Positions 10,369 to 19,551 of a stretch of 64,000 nucleotides of DNA are shown in pieces. Numbering within the stretch: position 1 is the first letter of the stretch; every line of letters starts with the position of its first letter. A program made the translations under genes and the position numbers. This DNA comes from an uncultured delta proteobacterium. GTDB taxonomy: Bacteria > Myxococcota > Myxococcia > Myxococcales > Myxococcaceae. Location: positions 384,001-448,000 of the forward strand of contig CAWCKH010000003.1 of assembly GCA_963796055.1 (NCBI GenBank). Reading direction: 5' to 3'. Under the pieces are notes generated by a model. The model worked only from the letters and a program-made list of their open reading frames with translations. It had not been told where the DNA came from and did not search any database.

Positions 10369-11526
10369 CTAGGCGGCGCGCACCTTCATCGCCCCGCTGG
10401 CGGCCTTCTTCTTCGCCGCGCGCTCGTCGAGCCAGATGGTCAGCGGGCTGGCGATGTACACGCTGGAGTACGTGCCGACGATGATGCCGATCAGCATCGC
10501 CATCGCGAAGTCCCAGATCTCCCCCACCCCGAAGATGAGCAGGCCGACCAGTGACAGCGCGGTCACGCCCGAGGTGAGGATGGTGCGCGACAGGGTGTCG
10601 TTCACCGCGATGTTGATGATCTCCGGGAGCGGCTTGCCCTTGTACCGGGCCATCTCCTCGCGGATCCGGTCGTAGACCACGATGGTGTCGTTGATCGAGT
10701 AGCCGGTGATGGTGAGCAGAGCCGCGATCGAAGTCAGATTGAACTCGCGGCGGCTCACCAGGTAGTAGCCGCTGACCATGATCACGTCGTGGACCATGGC
10801 CAGCAGCGCACCGGGCCCGAACTTGAAGTCGAAGCGGAACGCGACGTACACCAGGATCGCCAGCATCGCGTAGAGCAGCGCGGCGATGCCCTTGTTCCGC
10901 AGCTGGTTTCCGACCTGCGGGCCCACGTAGTCCACCCGCTGCACCTTGAAGTCGGGCTGGGCGAGCCCCTTGGCCATGGCGGCGGTGATCCGATCGGCCA
11001 TGCCCGAGGCGACGATCTGGTAGTCCTCTCCCCCGCCCTGCGCGGCGCCCAGGTCGCGGACCTCCTTCACCCCGGTGCCGGAGGCGGAGACCGCCTGGCG
11101 GACCCGGTCCGGATCCACCTTCTGCGCCGAACGGAAGTTGATCAGCCCGTTCTGCACGTCGGCGTGGAGGTTGCTGATTCCGCCGAGCGCCTCCAGCGCC
11201 TGCCGCGCGGTCACCGCGCTCTCCGCGGTCAGCTGGGTCACGCCCCCCAGCCGGAGCAGGTAGCTGTTGTCGCCGGAGGAGCCGATGCCCTGCACGCTCA
11301 CGTCGTGCAATCCGGCCTTCTCGGCACGGGAGCGCACCTCGTCGGGGCGGATGGGGTGAGCGAACTTGAGCTCCACCACCGTGCCACCGGCGAAGTCGAC
11401 CCCGAAGTTGAAGCCGAAGATGGCGATGCCCACCAGGATGGCGAGGTTCAGCACCGAGCTGATGAACAGCGCGGGCTTCCGCTTCCCGATGAAGTCGATG
11501 TTGGTCTTGTGCTTGATGATCTGCAT
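10369..11526 (-). CDS. secF: Protein translocase subunit SecF
   Basis: GVDFAGG, VGPQVG, HD, GYSINDTIVVYDRIRE and GTYSSVYIA. Confidence 0.95.
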   Translation of the reverse strand: MQIIKHKTNIDFIGKRKPALFISSVLNLAILVGIAIFGFNFGVDFAGGTVVELKFAHPIRPDEVRSRAEKAGLHDVSVQGIGSSGDNSYLLRLGGVTQLTAESAVTARQALEALGGISNLHADVQNGLINFRSAQKVDPDRVRQAVSASGTGVKEVRDLGAAQGGGEDYQIVASGMADRITAAMAKGLAQPDFKVQRVDYVGPQVGNQLRNKGIAALLYAMLAILVYVAFRFDFKFGPGALLAMVHDVIMVSGYYLVSRREFNLTSIAALLTITGYSINDTIVVYDRIREEMARYKGKPLPEIINIAVNDTLSRTILTSGVTALSLVGLLIFGVGEIWDFAMAMLIGIIVGTYSSVYIASPLTIWLDERAAKKKAASGAMKVRAA

Positions 11527-11528
11527 CG

Positions 11529-13299
11529 TCAGACCGAGACCGTCCGGGCTCCACGCCCGTGGACGAAGTAGGTGGTGATCGCCCGGGTCACGACGATCGA
11601 GGTGAACAGCGAGGCCACCAGCCCGATGATCAGCGAGGTGGCGAAGCCCCGCACCGGACCCGTCCCGGTGGAGAGCAGGATGAACCCGGCGATCAGCGTG
11701 GTGACGTGGGCGTCGAAGATGGTCCAGAACGCGCGGTCGTAACCCTGGTCCACCGCCGCCCGGGCGGTCTTCCCCGCGGCGAGCTCCTCACGCACCCGCT
11801 CGTTGATCAGCACGTTGGCGTCCACCGCGATGCCCAGGGTGAGCACGAAGCCGGCGATGCCCGGCAAGGTCAGGGTGGCGTTGAACAGCGCCAGTCCCGC
11901 CAGGATGAGCAGGCCGTTCAGGATCAGCGCCACGTCGGCGATCATCCCCGACTTCCGGTAGTAAACCGCCATGAAGGCCACCACCAGTCCCAGGCCGACG
12001 ATCGCCGCCAGGCTGCCCTTGCGGACCAGCTCCTCGCCCAGGCTCGCCCCGACCTGACGGATCTCCCCGGTGGTCACGGGGGCCGGCAGGGCCCCGGCTC
12101 GGAGCACCAGCTCGAGGTTCTTCGCCTCCTGGTACATCTGCTCGTCGGTCTTGCCCAGCGAGCGACCCATGGTGATGCGGGCCCGCCCGTTGGGGATGCG
12201 CTCGTTGATCCGGGGCGCCGAGTTCACGTTGTCGTCGAGCACGATCGCCATGTACCGGCCCACGTTGTCCCCGGTGAGCTTCCCGAACTCGATGCCCCCC
12301 TGGGTGTCGAACGAGAGGTTGACCTCGAAGTCGTTGCTGTTCTGGCTGCGGTTGGCGTCGGCCCCGGCGAGGCTCTCGCCGGTGAGGGGCACTGCCTTGT
12401 CCACCAGGTAGGCCAGGTAGCTGTCGCAGGTTCCCTTCTGGGCCTGCGCGCTGACGCACTGGAGAAGGACCTGCCGATCGGAGGGAACGTCCTGCCGGGC
12501 ATAGGCCAGGAGCGCCTCGCGGTCCTTGCCCTCGAGCTGCTCGTACCCGTTGGGCTTGACCAGCCGGATGCCCGAGTCCGCCGAAGGCGGATGCTTGGAC
12601 ACCAGCTGGCTGAAGAAGGTGCTCTTCTCGTCCACCATCCGGAACTCGAGCTGGGCGGTGGTGCCGATCAGCTCCTTGGCCTGCTCCGGATTCTGCTGGC
12701 CGGGGAGCGAGATTCTGGATCGAGTCGGTGCCCATCTTCCGCACGTCCACCTCGGCGACGCCCCACTTGTCGATGCGGCGGCGGATCACCAGCATCGCCT
12801 GGTCCACCGCGTCCTCGCGGAAGCGCGACACCTGGGTGTCCTTCAGCTGGTAGGTGAGTGTCTCGGGGGTCCGGCCGGTCCGGGTGAAGTCGTCGAAGCC
12901 CTTCAGCTCCTTCTCCACCCGGTCCAGCGCCGCCGCATCGGGGGCCTTCAGGGTGAGCTCGAGCTTCTCCGGATCGGTGCTGTAGGTGACGCCCTCGATC
13001 TTCTGGTCCTTGAGGTAGTTCACGATCTGCAGACCCCGACGCTCCACCCGCTTCTGGAGCGCGGTCTGGGTGTCCACCCGCATCACCATGTGGATGCCAC
13101 CCTGCAGGTCGAGGCCGAGGTTCAACCGGTGCTTGGCGCTCGGCGCCCAGCGCGGCAGCTTCGACTGGAGCAGCTTCTCGTCGTTCCGCTGCGACTTGGG
13201 CAGCACGAAGAACGAGTAGTAGGTGGGGATCAAGTACCAGATCGCGCCGAGGGTGACGGCGATGATGATCGCCCACCGACCCCACTGACGACCCATCAC
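11529..13299 (-). CDS. secD: Protein translocase subunit SecD with an apparent +1 frameshift at about 12713
   Basis: The N-terminal frame has LGLDLQGG and IRRRIDKWGVAE. The C-terminal frame has TAQLEFR, LRAGALPAP and GIAVDANVLINERVREE. Confidence 0.93.
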
Positions 13300-13646
13300 T
13301 TGGACTCCTTCTCCGCCTTGGCGTCGTCGGACTTCGCCGACTCGGCCGGATCCTTCAGGACGCTCTGCACCGAGGTCTTGAGCACCCGGAGCTTGACGTT
13401 GTTCGCGACCTCGATCTGAACCTCGCGATCAGCGACCAGGAAGATGCGGCCGATGATGCCGCCCTGGGTGACCACCACGTCGCCCTTCTTGAGGTTGGCG
13501 AGGAGGGCCTTGTGCTCCTTCAGCTGCTTCTGCTGGGGCCGGATCATGAGGAAGTACATGATCGCGAACATCCCGGCGATGAAGATGAAGAGCGACGATG
13601 GGCTTCCGCCGGCCGCCTGGGCCAGGAGGACTTGGTGGGTGAACAC
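13296..13646 (-). CDS. yajC: Preprotein translocase subunit YajC
   Basis: MYFLMIRPQQKQ and LKKGDVVVTQGGIIG; lies directly upstream of secD. Confidence 0.93.
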   Translation of the reverse strand: MFTHQVLLAQAAGGSPSSLFIFIAGMFAIMYFLMIRPQQKQLKEHKALLANLKKGDVVVTQGGIIGRIFLVADREVQIEVANNVKLRVLKTSVQSVLKDPAESAKSDDAKAEKESK

Positions 13647-13919
13647 GGGGGTGGACTCCGTCAGGGCCTCTCGAACCGGGGAATCGTGAGAGGGCGCGCA
13701 TCCTTAGCAAGAGCATGACCCGGACGACAAGGCACGTCGCTCCCCTCCCCGGCAGGCGAGCACGGGCCCCGGGCAGGATCAGAACTGGATCAGACCCGGC
13801 CCTCTGAACGGACGTTCAACACCCCGGAGTTGCCCGAGATTCCTGGTTGGATTGGCTCGAGACCGGCAGGCGGGCGCCCTCGCCGCATCCCCGCGCGCAT
13901 GGGGCGGATCAGCCAGGGC

Positions 13920-15047
13920 CTATTCAGCAGCCGGCACCCGGCCCGCTTCCCGCGCCCGGACGTCCTCCACGAACGCGCCGAGGCGGTCCTCGTCGATGGC
14001 CCGGCGCGCCTCGCGCATCAGCTCGAGGTAACGGTGCAGGTTGTGGAGCGTCGCCAGCCGCAGCGCCAGCAGCTCGTCGGCGGCGAAGAGGTGCCGGAGG
14101 TAGGCCCGGGAATGCGTGCGGCAGGTGTAGCAGCTGCATGCCGGGTCGGCGGGCCGCTCGTCCCGGGCGTGCACCCGGTTGCGGAGGTTGAGGCGGCCCT
14201 GGGTGGTGAAGAGCAGGCCGTTGCGCGCGCACCGGGTAGGGAGCACGCAGTCGAACATGTCCACCCCGGCGGCGATCGCGGTGACGAGGTCCACCGGGGT
14301 CCCCACGCCCATGAGGTACCGCGGCCGGTCCTCGGGGAGCAGCGGCGCCACCTCGGCCACCGAGGCATGCATCTCCTCGGGACGCTCGCCGACGGAGTAG
14401 CCCCCGAGCGCGTAGCCCGGGAGCTCCACCGCGCAGACCTCGTCGACGTGCCGGCGCCGGAGCTCGAGGTCCAGCCCTCCCTGGACGATGCCGAAGAGCG
14501 CGCTCCGGCCGCGGCTCCAGGCGCCCGCGCAGCGGTGCAGCCAGCGCGTCGTCCGGGCGAGGCTCTCCTCGAGGTACGCCCGCTCGGCCCTCGACGGCGG
14601 GCACTCGTCGAAGGCCATGACGATGTCCGCGCCGAGCGTCTCCTGGATCTGGATCGACCGCTCCGGCGTCAACAGCCAGCGGCTTCCGTCGAGGTGCGAC
14701 TGGAAGCTCGCCCCCTCCTCGGTGATTCTTCGATTCTGGGCGAGGCTGTAGACCTGGAATCCTCCCGAGTCGGTGAGGATCGCCCGGTCCCAGGCCATGA
14801 AGCGGTGCAGCCCCCCGAGCGCACCGACCAGCTCCTCGCCCGGCCGGAGCATCAGGTGGTAGGTGTTGCCGAGGACGATCTCCGCCCCCAGCGCGTGAAG
14901 GTCGTCCTGGCCGACGGCCTTCACCGTGGCCTGGGTGCCCACCGGCATGAACACCGGCGTCTCCACCGTCCCATGGGGGGTGTGCAGCCGCCCGCGGCGG
15001 GCGTGGCTCCCGGCGTCCCGGTGAAGCAGCTCGAAGCGAACGCTCAA
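13920..15047 (-). CDS. tgt: tRNA-guanine transglycosylase
   Basis: TPVFMPVGT, NTYHL, TDSGGFQ, MFDCVLPTR and the Zn motif CSCYTC...H; TTG start overlaps the queA stop. Confidence 0.95.
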   Translation of the reverse strand: MSVRFELLHRDAGSHARRGRLHTPHGTVETPVFMPVGTQATVKAVGQDDLHALGAEIVLGNTYHLMLRPGEELVGALGGLHRFMAWDRAILTDSGGFQVYSLAQNRRITEEGASFQSHLDGSRWLLTPERSIQIQETLGADIVMAFDECPPSRAERAYLEESLARTTRWLHRCAGAWSRGRSALFGIVQGGLDLELRRRHVDEVCAVELPGYALGGYSVGERPEEMHASVAEVAPLLPEDRPRYLMGVGTPVDLVTAIAAGVDMFDCVLPTRCARNGLLFTTQGRLNLRNRVHARDERPADPACSCYTCRTHSRAYLRHLFAADELLALRLATLHNLHRYLELMREARRAIDEDRLGAFVEDVRAREAGRVPAAE

Positions 15048-16120
15048 GGAACCGCTCCCGCGGCGATGAACGTCGCGTCCCCGTAGCTGAAGAACCGGTA
15101 GCGCTCGGCGACCGCGGCCCGGTAGGCGGCGAGCACACGCTCGCGGCCGGCGAATGCCGCCACCAGCATCAGCAAGGTGGAGCGCGGGAGGTGGAAGTTG
15201 GTGAGCAGCGCGTCCACCACCTGGAAGTCGTACGGGGGCCGGATGAAGAGCTGCGAGGAGCCCGTCCCGGCGCGCACCCCGGCGCCGTCGACCGCGCTCT
15301 CCAGGGTCCGCACCACCGTGGTCCCTACCGCCACGATGCGTCGCCCCTCGCCCCGGGCCCGGTTCACCGCCGCGGCGGTGTCCTCGGGGACGTGGTAGCG
15401 CTCGGCGTGCATCCGGTGGGTCGACTCGTCCTCGCCACGCACCGGGAGAAAGGTCCCCGGCCCGACGTCGAGGGTGACGAACCGCCGCTCCACGCCGCGG
15501 GCCCCCAGCTCGGCGAACGTCTCGGCGGTGAGGTGCAATCCGGCGGTCGGCGCGGCGACCGAGCCAACCACCCGCGCGTACACCGTCTGGTACCGGGTGC
15601 GGTCCAGGGCGGTGGGCTCGCGCGCCACGTAGGGTGGAAGCGGGACCTTCCCTGCCCGTTCCAGCAGTCCACCCACCGACCCCTCGGCCTCGAAGCGCAC
15701 GCGGAGCTCGCCCTCGCCCGGCGCCTCCAGCACCGTCGCCGAGCCACCCTCGAGCTCGACCACCGTCCCTGGCCGGAGCCCCTTGCTGGCCTGGCCGAGA
15801 CAGATCCAGCTCAGCGCACCGGCCGGACCGGAGAGCGCTCCGTCGGCGTCGACGTCGGCACCGGGACGAACCAGCAGGAGCTCCACCCGACCGCCGCTCC
15901 CCTGCTTCCGCCCGAGGAGCCGGGCTGGAACCACCCGGGTGTCGTTGAGAACCACGAGGTCGCCCCGGCGGAGCAGCCCCGGCCAGTCCCGGAACCGGCG
16001 GTGGGCGACCGCACCCGAGGTCCGGTCGAGCACCAGGAGCCGCGAGGCGTCGCGCTGCTCGAGCGGAGCCCGGGCGATGAGCGCCCCGGGGAGGTCGAAG
16101 TCGTAGTCGGAGACGGGCAA
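15044..16120 (-). CDS. queA: SAM:tRNA ribosyltransferase-isomerase
   Basis: DYDFDLP, NDTRV, PLPPY, YQTVY, AAPTAGLH, TNFHLPRSTL and YRFFSYGDA; start is TTG 16120 or GTG 16150. Confidence 0.95.
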   Translation of the reverse strand: MPVSDYDFDLPGALIARAPLEQRDASRLLVLDRTSGAVAHRRFRDWPGLLRRGDLVVLNDTRVVPARLLGRKQGSGGRVELLLVRPGADVDADGALSGPAGALSWICLGQASKGLRPGTVVELEGGSATVLEAPGEGELRVRFEAEGSVGGLLERAGKVPLPPYVAREPTALDRTRYQTVYARVVGSVAAPTAGLHLTAETFAELGARGVERRFVTLDVGPGTFLPVRGEDESTHRMHAERYHVPEDTAAAVNRARGEGRRIVAVGTTVVRTLESAVDGAGVRAGTGSSQLFIRPPYDFQVVDALLTNFHLPRSTLLMLVAAFAGRERVLAAYRAAVAERYRFFSYGDATFIAAGAVP

Positions 16121-16156
16121 CGAGGCCCGTCTTGTGAGGCAGGCACGCACCCCCGG

Positions 16157-17065
16157 TCAAGGGCCGCCGGCGGGCGCGGCCGCTGGCTGCACCTCGACCA
16201 CCCCCCAGAGCATCGAGCGGTCCTCGCCGGCGACGTTGGTCGCACTGGCGCCCAGGGGCTCGCCGAAGCTGCGGAGAACCTGGATGGCGCCTGGCTGGGC
16301 CGCGCGCTCCACCGCCGCCAGCAGGCGGTCCCGGTACTCGGAGGGCGCGCCATCCAGGACGTTGGACAGGCTGAAGCCGCCGTAGCTGCCGGGCTCGCAG
16401 GACTCGAGGTAGGCCGCGGCGTCGGAGCAGACCAGGTCGATGGGATGGCGCGAGAGAGGCGGAGCGGGCGCCGTCTCGCCGAGCAGGAGCACGCGGGCGT
16501 ACGGGTTGGAGGCGTTGGGGTGCCGGGCGAAGCACCGCTCCATCCGGCTGCGCATCACCCGTCCGAAGTGGCCGGGCAGGGCCTGCAGGAACGGCGAGGC
16601 ATAGACCGCGCGGAGGCCGGTCACCGAGAGCAGCAGGTCCAGTCCCGCCCGGAAGCGACGCGTGTCCAGCCGCTCCTTCCAGAAGGCGAGCTGCGCCTCG
16701 ACCGAGTCGAAGGCCAGGAACCGTTCGACGTCCCGCCGGCGCCACCCGGCGAGCGGAAGCAGCGCACGTCCGAAGGCGAGCAGGCGCTCGGCGCTGCCCA
16801 CCCGCGCCGGAGCACCGGCGATCCGTGCCCTCGCGTAGTCGAGCTGGACGGGGTTGATGTCCACCGCGGTCACCGGATGCCACGTGGCGAGGGCCAGCGC
16901 GGTGTCGCCCGCGGAGGCGATGCAGAACACCGGCGCCCCGGGTGGAAATGCGCGGAGCTCGACCTGGGGATCCTCGTACATCTGGCCAAAGAGGATCCGC
17001 CGCGGGCCAGTGCGCTGATCGAAGCGGCCACCCGCCCAGGGCGTGTCGCCGGCGGTGGCGGTCAC
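16157..17065 (-). CDS. DUF3419/BtaA-like SAM-dependent transferase
   Basis: FGQMYEDP, CIASAGDTALAL, AVDINPVQL and LSNVLD; GTG start overlaps the upstream TGA. Confidence 0.7.
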   Translation of the reverse strand: MTATAGDTPWAGGRFDQRTGPRRILFGQMYEDPQVELRAFPPGAPVFCIASAGDTALALATWHPVTAVDINPVQLDYARARIAGAPARVGSAERLLAFGRALLPLAGWRRRDVERFLAFDSVEAQLAFWKERLDTRRFRAGLDLLLSVTGLRAVYASPFLQALPGHFGRVMRSRMERCFARHPNASNPYARVLLLGETAPAPPLSRHPIDLVCSDAAAYLESCEPGSYGGFSLSNVLDGAPSEYRDRLLAAVERAAQPGAIQVLRSFGEPLGASATNVAGEDRSMLWGVVEVQPAAAPAGGP

Positions 17066-17457
17066 GGAGCCGCCGTCCCCTGCGCCGCGGCCACCCACAT
17101 CAGGACGATCAGTGCCGCGTTCTTCACCACCATCCCCCCCGGGTCGTGGATGAGCTTGCGGGCGAAGAGGAGCCCGTTGGCGTTCATCCCCACCAGGAGC
17201 ACGGTCTGCACCACCGCGGCCCAGACCGGCTCCCAGCCGGAAAGCACCCACACCCCGAGCAGGGACTCGAGGATGCCCAGCCCCTTGAGGAACGGGGGTC
17301 CTGCGCTGGGTCCGAGGAAGGGGACCGCTTCGACGATCCGCTCCTGCTCGGGAAGCCGGCCCAGCACCTTGCACCACAGCCCCTCGTACAGCCACACCGC
17401 GGCGATGGCCGAGCGGACCAGCACCGGCGGGGGCATCAGGTCGATCGCGAGATTCAT
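17062..17457 (-). CDS. DoxX-like membrane protein
   Basis: IAAVWLYEGLWCK, LGILESLLG and DPGGMVVKN; about four hydrophobic segments. Confidence 0.75.
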   Translation of the reverse strand: MNLAIDLMPPPVLVRSAIAAVWLYEGLWCKVLGRLPEQERIVEAVPFLGPSAGPPFLKGLGILESLLGVWVLSGWEPVWAAVVQTVLLVGMNANGLLFARKLIHDPGGMVVKNAALIVLMWVAAAQGTAAP

Positions 17458-17517
17458 CGTGGACGCTACAGAGCACGTGCCGGTCCGAGTTTCACCGGCC
17501 TTCGGCTGCCACGCCGG

Positions 17518-18594
17518 TCAGTACAGCGTCTGCAGCTCGGTCCCCGGGTAGAAGTGGGCGAGGATGGCCCGGTAGTCCTGGCCGGAGTCGGCCATCTCCT
17601 TGGCTCCCCACTGGGAGAGGCCGGCGCCGTGTCCCAGGCCGCGGCCGGTGAGCACGGCCCCGCCGCCCGAGCTGGGGGCCACGTCGAAGGCGAGGGAGCG
17701 AACCCGGTCGTACCCGAGCCGCTGGCGGAACTCGACCCCGCTGAGGCTCCTGCCCCCGAGCTCGAGTCGGCGGACGCGGCCGGTGGGTGTCCGCGCCGCA
17801 ACCCGGAGCTCGCCCCGACCGCCGCCGAAGGCCCGCTCCAGCGCGCCGGCCTCGAGGTCCGCCTTCCAGCGGGTGGCCGGCCCAGGGCGGCACTCGCAGG
17901 CGACGCTCTGGAGATAGGGCAGGTCGCGGCCGAGCGCATCGAGCCCGGTCTCGGTGTTCCCCTCGCAGGAGGCGTGGAAGTAGGCCTCGATGGGCGCCAG
18001 CTGGAAGGTGAGGACTTGCCCGGCGGTGGCAGCAGTGGCGGCGCGCGTCCGGGGGTTCTCGCGGTTCACCCCGCCGTAGACCTGGGCGAGCACGCTGCTG
18101 CCGAGGTGAACGGGCTGCCCGAGGGCGTCGATCTTCCGCTGGAGGGCGTAGGTGCGCGCGGCGACTGCCTGGGCCTTGAGGGCCTCCATGGGGAAGCCCA
18201 CCGGCATCTCGCCGCCGAGGACCGCGGCCACGTAGTCCTCGAGCGGGAGCACGTTGACCAGGAGTACCTTGCTGCCCCTGGGCAGGGCGACCACCTCGCC
18301 GCGGACCTCGGTGCTGCCGGCGCGGAGGGCGTGCCCGGTGTCGGAGGTGCGGAACCGGATCGCGCCCTCCACCCGCTCGCCCTCCACCTCCAGCGCGTCG
18401 CCGACGTGGCGGATGCGGACCTCGTCGCGGTCGAGCGGCTGGAACGGGCCGTCCTCGGAGTCCGGACCGAGCTGCAGCCCCTTTCCCCGGACGACGACCT
18501 CGCGCTCGGGGCGCTCACCCATCGCGATGCGGACGGTCTCGGCGGCGTGCGCGCTGGTGGCGATGAGGAGCGGAAGGAGGAGGACCGGGCGCAT
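17518..18594 (-). CDS. SpoIID/LytB domain protein (lytic transglycosylase-like)
   Basis: Signal peptide, LEDYVAAVLGGEMP, EALKAQAVAARTYA, QVYGG and GHGAGLSQWGA. Confidence 0.9.
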   Translation of the reverse strand: MRPVLLLPLLIATSAHAAETVRIAMGERPEREVVVRGKGLQLGPDSEDGPFQPLDRDEVRIRHVGDALEVEGERVEGAIRFRTSDTGHALRAGSTEVRGEVVALPRGSKVLLVNVLPLEDYVAAVLGGEMPVGFPMEALKAQAVAARTYALQRKIDALGQPVHLGSSVLAQVYGGVNRENPRTRAATAATAGQVLTFQLAPIEAYFHASCEGNTETGLDALGRDLPYLQSVACECRPGPATRWKADLEAGALERAFGGGRGELRVAARTPTGRVRRLELGGRSLSGVEFRQRLGYDRVRSLAFDVAPSSGGGAVLTGRGLGHGAGLSQWGAKEMADSGQDYRAILAHFYPGTELQTLY

Positions 18595-18681
18595 CGCTGG
18601 CCCAGGATCGCCGCTCTCGCTGGCCTGCGCCAGAACGTCGCCACCGGCCGGTGAGCGGGTGCACCCTGGGGGCGCGCTAGA

Positions 18682-19542
18682 ATGGCATGCGTGCTCTTCC
18701 TTCTGTTCGCCACGCTCGGGCTCATCGCGCCGGGGGCGAGTGAGGGCGCACGGCCCGGCGACCTTCCGCTCTTCGTCGTCGAGCGGAGCCGGGTGATCTG
18801 GCCACAGAGGTGCTCACGCGCGGCGAGCCAGGTTCCCGCCGAGCTTCGGTCGCAGATGCGCAGAGCCCTCGGGGACAAGGGCCTCTTGATCGGCGACGGG
18901 CGGATGGACGAGGTGACGTTCGAGACGCCGGAGTGCATGCCGGGCGAGTGCGGTAGCGGACAGCTCTCGGTCCCGCTCGCGGTGCGGCAGTCCGAGCGGT
19001 CCGGCATCGTCCTGCCGGCCGGTCGGATCGAGACCGGGGCGATTCATCCGTTGAGGCTGGTGGGCATCGAGGGGAGCGATCCGGACGGTCTTCGACCCGG
19101 GCTGGGGCCGGCCATGGAGTCTCCTCCGCCCTGCGGTGAGCCGCCGCCGGCGCCCTCGGTGTCGCCCGCGAGCGGGCTGCTGGTCAGCTGCCTCAGCTAC
19201 CTCGAGGCGAGCGGAGATCTCGGTGTGCAGGTCCAGGGACGCGGCCGACTGCAAGAGAACGGCTTCGCGCTCTACGACGTCGTTCGCTTTCGCGTGCTCC
19301 CGCGGCGCGAGGGGAAGCGGGTCCTCGGGCCATGGCATTGGCAGCCGCGGGGGAAGGGCTCCCACCTCCCCGTTCCCGTCGCCGCCCTCTCCGGAGCGAA
19401 GGGGACCGATCTCCGGCTGCTGTGGTTACGCCGGGAGGGAATCTGCTGTCCCAGCGCCGCGAGCGCCTGGGTGACGGACGTGGGCGAGCAGGTCCGGGAC
19501 GGACCGCAGCACGTCGCCGGATTCGGACAGCCGTGTGACTGA
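18682..19542 (+). CDS. Hypothetical secreted Cys-containing protein
   Basis: N-terminal hydrophobic signal; fills the gap between spoIID and kamA; no recognised motif. Confidence 0.6.
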   Translation: MACVLFLLFATLGLIAPGASEGARPGDLPLFVVERSRVIWPQRCSRAASQVPAELRSQMRRALGDKGLLIGDGRMDEVTFETPECMPGECGSGQLSVPLAVRQSERSGIVLPAGRIETGAIHPLRLVGIEGSDPDGLRPGLGPAMESPPPCGEPPPAPSVSPASGLLVSCLSYLEASGDLGVQVQGRGRLQENGFALYDVVRFRVLPRREGKRVLGPWHWQPRGKGSHLPVPVAALSGAKGTDLRLLWLRREGICCPSAASAWVTDVGEQVRDGPQHVAGFGQPCD

Positions 19543-19551
19543 TGCCCGGCG

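Noticed and set aside
13920..16883. Apparent long N-terminal extensions or fusions in the ORF track (tgt 987 aa, waaA 925 aa, malK 649 aa, lpxK 537 aa)
   Set aside because: The extensions are off-frame readings of upstream genes; the real starts overlap upstream stop codons.
17518..18594. Functional link between SpoIID and the SPOR-like ABC importer
   Set aside because: The link is attractive because both involve denuded glycan, but the genes are about 10 kb apart in different operons and spoIID belongs with queA-tgt.
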